Assembly: GCA_001724265.1 (NCBI GenBank)
Contig: MEDY01000659.1
Coordinates: forward strand, 62,001-95,715
Source: Rhizaria sp. SCN 62-66
Taxonomy: Eukaryota
Direction: 5' to 3'
Length of the DNA stretch: 33,715 nt
This document shows, in pieces, positions 1-10,000 of the stretch. The position numbers and the translations under genes were made by a program. The number at the start of each line of letters is the position of its first letter. The first letter of the stretch is position 1. The notes beneath the pieces were generated by a model, which was given only the letters and a program-made list of their open reading frames with translations, searched no databases and was not told the origin of the DNA.

Positions 1-1
1 C

Positions 2-901
2 TGTCTGCCGACTGATACGGCCGTTATGGTGCTGCAGTGCGCCTGCGAGGTTTTGGCCGCAGACCCGCGCAGTGTGCATACAGTGCGCAAGTTCGGCGAC
101 CGCTCTGTATTTGCCTTTGAGATGGACAACTTAGTGATCACTTTCGTCATGCGCGATGTCCCTGTGCTTCAAAACAACAGTGACAGCGGCTGCGACAGTG
201 CTAATACGGGCGCGCAGGCTATGGAGGACGACGGAGCGTCTGCTTCTTCTGCAACCGCGAGTTTGAGTGCGGTGGCGGCAGTGCAGACAGCTTTTGGTCT
301 GGACACACCGTTTGTCTCTCGTACTGCTTCCTCTGCTGTTCAGAGTAGCACGACTGGCGTTGCGTCAGTCGCGCACGCAGTCATATCGTCCATCGAGCAC
401 GTCCTCGGTCCTCTGCCTTCCAGCGCTGGCTCGAGCGCGGCCGGGCAGTCCCGTCGCGTTCCCGCGCCCCCTGCTGGTGTCAGCGCAAGTACAAGTGCGT
501 GTGTTAGTCCGAGCGCTTTTGCTACTGCTTCTCCTGCCGCAGGCAAGATGCCAGTGTCTGGGTTGGACGGCGACTGCGACAGCCGCGACTGCGACGGCGC
601 TACTACCTCCAGCGCCACTGACGCAGGAACAGGTTCAGCCGCGCGGACTCCTAACTTCCCGTCGCCGATTCTGCCGTCTTCCACACTGCAGCGCAACATC
701 AGCGGCAGCAGTAGCGGCAGCGGCGGCGGCAGTAAGGCTGCGATTGGCACGCCCGCGTTTGCGGCCACGCCGGCGCCGTATATCGCTGCTAGTGGCGCGT
801 TTGCGGCCGCTGCGCCTGGTCTGCGCACCAGCGCGTGGCTTAAGACGTCTGGCAACGCCGCTGTGCGCGCAGTTATGTTGGCTCTAGGTTTGTCTGACTA
901 A
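2..901 (+). CDS. 3' part of an unknown protein (short globular-looking segment, then Ser/Ala/Gly-rich tail); probably truncated by the window edge
   Basis: Frame is open from base 2 (CLPTDTAVMVLQCACEVL...) to TAA at 899-901. Coding-like GC content, followed by a T-rich 3' region. No family recognised. Confidence 0.7.
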   Translation, partial: CLPTDTAVMVLQCACEVLAADPRSVHTVRKFGDRSVFAFEMDNLVITFVMRDVPVLQNNSDSGCDSANTGAQAMEDDGASASSATASLSAVAAVQTAFGLDTPFVSRTASSAVQSSTTGVASVAHAVISSIEHVLGPLPSSAGSSAAGQSRRVPAPPAGVSASTSACVSPSAFATASPAAGKMPVSGLDGDCDSRDCDGATTSSATDAGTGSAARTPNFPSPILPSSTLQRNISGSSSGSGGGSKAAIGTPAFAATPAPYIAASGAFAAAAPGLRTSAWLKTSGNAAVRAVMLALGLSD

Positions 902-2212
902 CTTACCGACGCGCTCTTGCGCTTGCAATGTAGGCCGATTCGAGGGAGTGACCGTGACCGGAACCTTGACCACGATCGTGACCACAGTTTTAGTGTGCCT
1001 TTTAATTTTCACTTTCTGTACTTCTGTTTGTTGTGTTTTTACACGCGTAGTTTTTCAACCCATATTTTATTTTGTTCAAGATGAACCTTGCTTGACTTTT
1101 TTTTTGCAAGACATCTTTGTTTCTTCGACCCAGTGGTCTCACCTTACATGTCTTCGTCAGTTCTGCACTCATTATCTCTTCTTTGTTTCTTTCTTGCTTG
1201 CTGTTGTAACTGTATCAATATTACCACTCCTTATGATGCACATATATTGCTTTTCTGTTCTGTTGTTTGTTTTAGGTTTGGCAACCCCTTCCGCTTTCTT
1301 GTTTTACCTCCGTGACCATATAATTTGAATGCTGTGCTGTGCTCGTTTGTTGAATCGTCTTTCTTCGTGTACCTGTGAACAAGTTTTTCGCCCGTGTGTT
1401 GTCATTGTCTTTTGGTTATATTTCGAAACAACACCATTCTTATTTTCTTTCACGTCAGATTATCATTCCCGCAGTGTTGTTTTGAAGAGCCCCAGTGATG
1501 TCATGATTTTTTTTTTTCTTTTTGTTCCTGTGTATCTTGACTTGCTTTGTGAGCCCTTTTTTGGAGTTGCACCTTGACGCAGTAGCAATTTGTCTGCTGG
1601 GTTGTGATTGTTGCACACGGGCTCACATCGCCATCTTTCCTACCTCACCACACATTGTGCGTTGTTCAAATTTTCATCTTTCGACAGTTTGTTATGATTT
1701 CTGTCGCCTTCTAGCTTGCTAGCTCTTTCCTTTGTCTTTTTCTGTTCATTTTTTATAAGTTGTGAGAAATGCCACGCCTTTTCACCATGGTCACGATCCT
1801 CCATGTGTTAATCCCGACTGTCCCTCACCACGCTGAGCTCGCACTGTTACATTACACAGTGACGGCTCACTCCACTGTTCATCGCAATGTAGTTGCCCAG
1901 TGTCACTTCATGTAGTCCTTCCTTTGTACATATCGTGTCTCTTTGGTCACGTTGCACTTCTGTCTTTTCTTTGCCCCCGTGTTTATTCGCATTGTGATTT
2001 GTCCTACCGTGCACAGTGTTCAAGTTTAAACGACTAACAGTTCCCCCAATTTGGCTATTACAGCACAAACAAAATGGCACAAATAAATCAATCCTTGTTG
2101 TTACAAAATAGAGCACTAGTTATCTAATCTTAGTCTATGTATCGAGAACCAAAGAACAATTTCTTAAAACTTACTTAAAAAACAACCAAATAAAGCAGAT
2201 ATTTCCATGCGC

Positions 2213-5200
2213 TTAGAGCGGACGCGGTTTGGTGTCGCTGCGCAGCCCGTGGTGCCACTGCGACGCGCACTGTGTGAACATCAGATCCGCCAGCGCGCGG
2301 CCCTGTTCATCCGTGCCCCCGCAGTACAGTCCACCCTCATGCTCCGTCTTGTCACCGCTGCTGCGGCTGCGGCTGTGGCTGGGGACGCCGGAGACTTCCT
2401 TGAGCAGTTCCGTGCGCGTCTGCGCCTGCACACGCCTGTTCTTCTCGTAGCGGCCCGCATACGTCGACGCCGCCGCCACAGTCGCCGCCGCAGCCGCCGC
2501 GTCCGCGTACCCTCCGCCCGCGGCCGCGCTGTTGCTCGCGGGCCGCGTCCGCACGCGGTCGGCGTACGTGCTGCGCGGGCCCGGGGCGGGCTTAACAACA
2601 TTGGCTGTGGCGGAAGATCCGACAAGCACGCCCTGTTGCGCGGTCAGCAAGTCAGCGCCGGCAACCGATGCGAGCAAAGCGCCGGAGCCTTCCCCGCGCG
2701 CGCGCAGCACTGCGGTGACGAAGGACGACGGCGCCAGCGCGGAGGAGAGGCGCGCTCCCGCTGCGACGGGGGCGACAACGGCGCCGGCGGCCAGGTGCGC
2801 GCGCAACAACGCCTCGGCAGCAGACGTCGTTGGATTAGCCGCGGCAGCACCGCTGGCAGCAGCTGAATGAGCAGAAGCGGAGTCCTTTTGCTCCCACTCA
2901 CGCTCGCTCTCATAGTCGGCATCAGCATTCGCGCGACTACGGCCTTGGCTGTAATCGTTGCTAAACTGACCGGAGTTGTAGAGCTCCTCGTATGACTCCA
3001 CAGTCTACTTCTCACCCTGACTTTGACTGTAGACCTGGCTGTGGCTTTGAGAGGCGGCAGCCGCTGCAGTGAGGGCCGCGCGCGCAGCAGCGCCGTTGCG
3101 CTCCGCCTGCGCGCGGTCAGCCTGAAACTTGGCAAAATGAGGTCCCAGCCTAGCCTTGCTCGCGCGCTGTGCCAGCAGCAGCCGCAGCCGCTCCAGCGGG
3201 TCCGCCGCTGCCGCTGCCGCCTCCGCCTCCGCCTCTGCCGCGTCTGCCGCCGCAGCGCCGCGTAGCGCCGCGCTCTCGGCCTGCGCGGCGGCCGCTGCAC
3301 CGGCCCGCGCGCGCGCCTGCGCCTCGGCCGCGGCAGCGCGCGCGGCGTCGGCCTCGGCGGCCTGCGCGGCGGCCGTGCGGTCGCGCGCGCGGGTCGACAC
3401 TGACTGCATGAAACCGAGCTCGCCACCGGCAGCGACCGGCGCGGCGGCGGCCAGGGTGGCGGCCTGCGCGGCGGCGGCGCGCGCGGCGACGGCCACGACA
3501 AGCGGCGCCGGAGCGGCGGCAGTAGGCGCAGCCACGGCAGCGGCGGCGGCGGCTGCGGCGGCGGCCGCGGCGGCGATGGAGGCTTGGACGGGCCCCACGT
3601 GCGCTGCGGCGGCTGCGGCGCGCTCGGAGGCCGCCGCGGTGGCCAGCGCGAGCGTATAGGGCCGGCTGGTCACCATGGGCAGCGACGACTGCGCGTTGGA
3701 CGAAGAGACGGGTGTCGAAGCAGAGCCAGTGGAGGCGGAGGACGGCGAGGGGGCGAGACCGCGCGCTTGGAGACGCTGTGTTGCTGCGCGAAGCACGGCT
3801 GAGCGCTGGGTCTTTGCCGGCTGCGGCTGCGCGGCCTCCGCAGCAGTGGCGCGGGGCGAGGTCGCAGTCTCACTGGGCTGTTGCTGCGGCTGCTGCGGCT
3901 GCTGAGGCGGCGGAGGCGGCGGTGGCGGAGTGAGGCCCTGAGCGCGCGCGTTTGCAACGGCGACAAGCCACGCCGCCACTGCGTCAGCAGGAGTTGCCTG
4001 GGTGGACGCTGCGGAGGCGGAGGCAGAGGCAGCGGGAGCGGGGGTGGGTGACTTAGGCGCAGGCGACAGTGAGTGAACCGGAGGACCAAAAGGAGACTCC
4101 TCTGCATCATCCGCAAAGTCTGCGTCAACGCCAGTCCTAGCGCCGCCAGTAAAACCAACATGAGCACTGACGGGCTTCGACACAGCAGCAGCAGCAGTAG
4201 CAGCAGTAGCAGCGCCAGACTGGTGCTGCAGAGCCCAGCGCACGAGCTCCTCAGTCTGCGCCGCCGTGAGCGCCTGCGCGGCCCCGCGCTGCGCCGCCGA
4301 GGCTGCAGCTGCTGCGGCGTCGGCGTCGGCGGCGTCGGCGGCGTCCCGCTCGCGACGCGCCGCACGGAGCGCGGTGGCGACGGCCGCGGAGTCGGTGTCG
4401 CGCAGCAAGTGCGCGGGGACTGCAGAACGGCGGGCCGACTGCTGCTGATGTTGCGCTGCGGTCGACGTCGTAGACGCGCCGAGAGACGCGCGCGAGCGAG
4501 ACGCCGGGCGCGGTGCAGCCGCAGAGGAGGAGGAAGATGAGAAAGATGCATGAGCGCGGGAGCGGGCTGCGGGGCGCGGACCAGTGTGGCTGAGAGCAGC
4601 CTGACTGTGACTGTGACCATGAGAGTGACCGTGGGCAGGACCGGTGTAGAGCGGTCCGTGGCGCGAGGCCGTGGTGGCGGCGCGGACTGGGGCCGGGGTG
4701 GCGGCGCGGCCAAAGGCAGAGAGAGCGGCCCGCGGGGCCGGGGCCTGCGCCGGGGCAGAGGCCGGGGGCTGCGCATGATACTGAGCGTTCGCCTGAGCAT
4801 TAGACTGAGCACTTGACTGAGACTGAGGATGGTACTGTGTCTGAGCAGGGGCTGGGGTCACGGCCACAGGAGCGGGCGAGACAGCGGTCGTCATGGGCGC
4901 TGCGGCGGCGGAGGGAGGCAGCTGCTGCGGGTGGTGGAGTTGGTGCTGGTGCATGTATGGGTATGGGTGCTGCTGCTGCTGAAGCTGCTGAAGCTGGGAT
5001 TCGCGGGCTTGAGTCCGCTGCAGCTCCTGTGCCTGAGCCAGAGCCAGAGACTGCGCTTGAATCAAAGCCTGGGTCTAAGACTCTTGGAGCTGCAGTTCTA
5101 ACGCCTGTTGCTGCTGCTGCTGCTGTTGTTGTTGTTGTTGTTGGAAAAGTTGGAAAAGCCTGAATTGCTCCTGAAACTGCGCAAACTGCTGCTCTTCCTC

Positions 5201-6316
5201 GCTGCCGACAGCCCCAGCGTTGCCGGAAGTCGCAACAGGCGCAACAGTCGAGACGGGAGCCGGCGGCACAGCTACAGAGGCGGGAGCTGCAGTAGTCACC
5301 GAGCCTGCGGCAGAGGCAGAGGCAGAGGCAGAGGCAGAGGCTGAGGCCCACTGAGCAAGCTCCCATTCAGCACTGACGCTGGCGTTGTTGCTGTTGCTGA
5401 CGCTCGGACCGGGGCTGACTCGAGAGGTTGAGGCGGACACTGGGACAGCGGCCGCAGGTACCAGAAGCGAAGGCACGGCAGGGGCCGTAGCAACGGGCGC
5501 CGCCGACATCACAGCCTGCGGTTGAAGCTGCTGCTGCTGCTGCGAATACTGCTGATACTGCAACGCCTGCTGATGCTGCTGTTGGTAGTACTGGTAGTGC
5601 GCAGGCGGGGCCGTGTGCGGCGCAACTTGCGGAGCATGCTGCTGTTGCTGCTGTAGTTGTTGATACGGAATGGGCTGTGGCAGAGGCAGCAGCGCGCGGT
5701 GTGGCGGCAAAGGCGTGTGATAATGCAGCGTCGGTGCCATATGCGGCAGCGACGGCTGCAGCGTGTGCGCGTGCGCGTGCGCGAGAGGCAGCAGCGAGAC
5801 CGTGTTGAGCGAGCCTGCGGAGGCTGCGGCGGCCGTGGCGGCGGCGGCAGCGGCGGCGGCAGGCGCGGCGGCGGCTATGGTGTTCGCAGCCGAGGCCGTT
5901 GCAAGGGACGCAACGGCGGCGCGGTGGTAGTGCGAGTACAGTGCGGCCGCCTCGGGGCTCAGCACAGGCAGCGCGGGCGCGTATGATGACGGGGACAGCG
6001 CTGATGACTGTGAGTGGGAGTGTGCGGAGTGCGGCAGCAGCGTGGCACTTGTGGCGCTGAGGTTGCCGGGCAGGGAAAGGCTGCCGATAGCCGTGTACAT
6101 CGGGCTCGTGGCGGCTGCGGCAGTCAGAACAGAGCGCGGAGGCACAGCGGCGGCGGCAGCGGTCGAGTTGACGGAGACGGAGAGCGGCGGCGCGGCGGCG
6201 TGGAGTGCGGTGAGTTGTGGCGCCAGAGAAAGCGCGCGGAGCTCGGAGGCGCGGCGGAGGTTGGCCTGGCGGGAGACCTCAAGCTCCATGAGAGCCTCTT
6301 CAATGCTTTGGGCCAT
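2213..6316 (-). CDS. Large low-complexity Ala/Gln/Pro/His-rich protein with coiled-coil-like segments (~1367 aa if the in-frame TAGs at 5075-5077 and 3005-3007 are read as sense)
   Basis: ORFs 5075..6385, 3005..5065 and 2213..3001 share one frame and are separated only by single TAG codons (QES*TQALIQ; QGEK*TVESYEE). Composition is continuous across the junctions, with no intron-like or intergenic sequence. Likely start MAQSIEEALMELE (ATG 6316); ends TAA at 2213-2215. Confidence 0.7.
5104..5143 (-). repeat. CAA/CAG trinucleotide run encoding poly-Gln
   Basis: (ctg)n/(ttg)n run on the + strand; translates as a poly-Gln run in the minus-strand CDS. Confidence 0.85.
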
Positions 6317-6879
6317 GACGCTCAAGCAGGCGCGCGGGAAGAAGTGCGAAACCGGCGAGAGGGAGAAGGTGTCTGGAGGGCCCATCGTAGCGAGTCGAAT
6401 GCAGCGTATGAAGCAAACAAATACAATTTTAATATTAGTATAGTATAAAAAGTATACAAGAGAAACGGTTTAGCTCTAAACTGTCCAGTTCTGTTGACTG
6501 GAAAGCGTTCTGTAGCACGAAACAATTCGCCCAAGCTGACCGTTGCTGACCGCCGATTTTGGGACAGGGGACCGAAAAAAGGCTAGCATACGACCAAAAG
6601 ACTAGTTGGACACAAATTTAAAAATGCACAGCGCCTTGGGTCTATCCTTTCATAAATTGTTGGTCACGTCAAGATTAGATCACTTTAAGATCTTCACAAT
6701 ATCTTTGAAACATTCTTGAGTGACGACATCAAGGACATGTAAAAGCACAAATGAGCTCGTGCCCTACGTGCTTGAAGAGGTCACTTGAATCGCTTGTATA
6801 TCCACGGCCACAGAGCCTCATATTCATCTACAGAGATTGTACTAGTGTGATATTCTATTAGGCGCGCTGCCTGCACAGA

Positions 6880-6960
6880 GTATGTGCGCTGTGGTTTTGC
6901 TATAACTCACGTCTGATGCCACCATATTCTTACTTTTCTATCGTTCGATCCCTTTTGTAG
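6880..6960 (+). other. Putative 5'-UTR intron of the F-box/presenilin-like gene (81 bp)
   Basis: GTATGT donor at 6880 and pyrimidine tract ending TTTTGTAG at 6960, about 70 nt upstream of ATG 7032. Confidence 0.45.
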
Positions 6961-7031
6961 CCTCGTCCTTCGACCTCGCTCGTCGCTCCTTTCCTTCCCA
7001 CTTCTCGTTCAACTGTTCTCCCCGCACCCGG

Positions 7032-10000
7032 ATGAACCCCGACGGCACTCCCGCGCGCGGTCTCGCCGGCGCGGGCACCTCTCCCCGTGCTGACCCCGCC
7101 CTGTCGCCCAGTGGCGCAAACGGCAGTAGAGGCGGCGCTTCTTCTCCACGTACTGTTGTTGTCGGCCCGACTCCCATGCCTTCGGGACACCCCGCGGCGT
7201 CGCACCTTGCGCAGCACCAGCGCCAGTCTGTCGCTGCCGCGCACGCCGCCGCTCAAGCTGCCACCGCAGCCACACAACAACACCAGCAACAAGCGAACGC
7301 CGGTGCAGCTTCAGTGTCAAACAGCGGTCGCTCGCACGATCTTTACTGGCAGCAGCAACAAGCGCAGCAGCAACAAGCACAGCAGCAACAGCAGCAGCAG
7401 CAGTACGGCGTGGGTGGCGTCCCCGCGGTAACGACGCTGCCGACCTCATTCGCAAGCACGCAGACTTCGTTGGCCGCGCTCCTGGCCCCTCTGCTGCCCC
7501 CGCCGGTCGCGTCCCCGCAGAACCCTTTGCGCTCAGTCAACTCCGCCAACGCTGCCCACCACGGTGATGGTGTGCTTGCGGCTGCGACAGCTGGCGCCGG
7601 TGTGGACTCGCTGCGGCTACGCACGGGGTCGACCTCATCGTCTTCCGCGCCTGCGGCCGCCGCTGTTGCCGCCGCCGCCGCCACCGCCTCCGCTTCCGCC
7701 GCTGCAGGCTCCTCCTCCGCTGCCCACGGTCACTCTGCCCACGGTCACGGCCACGGCCACGGTCACGGGGGTGAGGAAGAGGAAGAAGAGGAGGAGGACG
7801 ACCGCCTGGCAATGCTCGCGCGCCGCGGGTTGCGCGCCTCCGCCGTCGCCGGCTCTGCCTGGAGCTCCAACCCCGCAGCCTCGGGAAACTCTGCGAACGC
7901 AGGGCCGAGCTCCAGCACGACGACTGCGCGCGCGCAGGCCCCCGCGACGGCGGCGTCGTCGCTCAGCGGGGTGGCTAACGCGCACGCGCACTCATACTCG
8001 CAGCAGCCACAGCACCCGCAGCAGCCGCAGCCGCCGCCGCAGCAGCAGCAGCAGCAGCAGCACGTGTCGCCTCACCGTGCCGCTAGCAGCAGTACGAGTA
8101 GCGGCGGCGACAACCAGGCCTATTTCCTCACCACGTCGGCCAACGGCGGCGGCGGCGGCGGCGGCGGCTTTAGCGGCGGCGCGAGCGGGCTCGAGCCCGT
8201 GCCAGTGCCCGCCGCCGCACTGTCATCCGAGTCCTTCATGTCCCGCGAGGGCATTCTTGGCTTGAGCGACGACTTGGTGGCGTACTGCGCCAGCTTCCTC
8301 GACGTCTCAGACTTAGCGCGCCTCGCCGCTACCTGCCAGCGCCTGCGCCACGCAGTCTACCACACTGTGCTGTGGGCGTCCCTCGACCTCACCGCGTTTG
8401 CGACGCGCGTCAACGACCGTGTGCTGCTGCGTCTACTGCGGCAGCCCCGCTTTTGCCGTCTGCAAACGCTCAACCTCTCCGGCTGCACCGCGTTGACCGA
8501 CAAGGCCCTCGCCCGGCTGCCGCGGTTGTGCCCGCTGCTCCGCACGCTCACTCTGACCCACTGTTACAACTTCACCCCCGACGCCGTGCTTGCCGCCGCC
8601 ACCGCGCTCCCGCGTCTAACCCGGCTCGGCCTGGCCAACTCGCCCGACGACCGCGCCGCTGTCCCGGCCCTGCTCGCACACGCGCGCGCACGCGGCGCCG
8701 CGATCGACCTCGGCCTCGGCTGGCTGCGGTACTGCGCGGATGCGGGCCGGGCGGTGGATATGAGCTCCGGCGCGGCACCGCCCACCTGCCGCCACCAACC
8801 GCCCGCCGGTGGCGCCATGGTCCGCGTCCGCGGAGGACAGGTACGCGCAACATCTTTCGACGCATAAATCCCGCTAAAGCAATCGATTCAACGAGATTTA
8901 GTCTTATTTATTGTTCTAATATTTGATTTTACATAACATTCATCGCAGTTAACTTTTTCCGTGTTTTTCTTTGTCTTCTTAATTTTGTTTTTGTTTTGCC
9001 GATGTGAAGGAGCGGCAGCGCAATCCGTGCTGGGGCCACATCCAGGGCCGTCTCATCTACTCCGTCGTCTCCGGCCGCGACGAGCTTCCCGGCATCCGCG
9101 CGCGCCCCGCTTTGCCGGCTATCCGCGCTCTCCCGGCAGCGCAGAGCGGGCATATCGTCGGCGGCGGTGAAGTGACTGCGCTCACGGTCGGGAGCCCCTC
9201 TGGCGCCGCCGGGGCCGGTGCAGCCGGCGCCGCCGGTCAGGGCCATCAGGGTCTGGGGTTGCTGAGCCTTGGTCTCGGCCTCGGCAACGGCGGCGACTCC
9301 CTGGGTCTGTACTCCCCATTGCCGGACGCAGCTCCGAATGCATATAATCTCACCGGTTACAGCGACGATCATCAGCGCCAGGAAGTCGGCAACGACGACG
9401 GCGGCGACTTGGCCGCGCTCGATGAAGCCGCCGCCGCCGAGGCCGGGCTCTCTCTTACCTCCGTCCCTGCCGACTCGGCAGCGCTCGCCGCCGGCGACGT
9501 CGCAGCGGAGGTTCTGGAGCAGGCGCGGGCGCTGCAGGCCCAGGGCCGGCACGTCGCGCCTCTCAACCCCGCTGCTACGACGGCGTACGACTCTCTCCTC
9601 AGCGCGTACTCTGCAGCGCCCGGTGCGTTTCTGCACGACGTCCCGACTCGCGGCGGCCCGTTCCCGGTGCGCGTGAGCTTTTTCTGCACTGCACACTCTG
9701 GTGAGGACCACTGGGATCCCGAGTTGCGCCAGTGCAGCATCTGCGACCGCAGTTTCGAGCCTGCGTCGATGTTTTCCGACGTCGCGTGCCACTTCTGCCG
9801 CGATCTGGCGATCCTCGCGCGGCCTGAGTCCTGGCTCCGGCTCCCTTTCCTCCGCATCGAGCAGCTCGATCTCCCCCGTGTCGTCGCCGCTCTGTGTCTC
9901 GTGCACGATTTACGCCACCTCCCGCGCACTCTCAACCCGTACGGCGTATATCCGCTCACCGTCGCGCCCCAGGCCGCGCTGCCGTGGGCGCCTCCCGCGA

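Noticed and set aside
902-2212. Hydrophobic Phe/Leu/Cys-rich ORFs (948..1328, 1329..1577, etc.)
   Set aside because: Translation of T-rich 3'-UTR/intergenic sequence between convergent genes. Codon usage unlike the real genes.
3005-3034. Possible 30-nt micro-intron (minus strand, GTCTAC...AAGTAG) that would remove the TAG at 3005-3007
   Set aside because: No GTAC/GTAT-type donor or pyrimidine tract, purine-rich, and much shorter than the other introns. No equivalent explanation found for the other two TAGs. Not formally excluded without RNA data.
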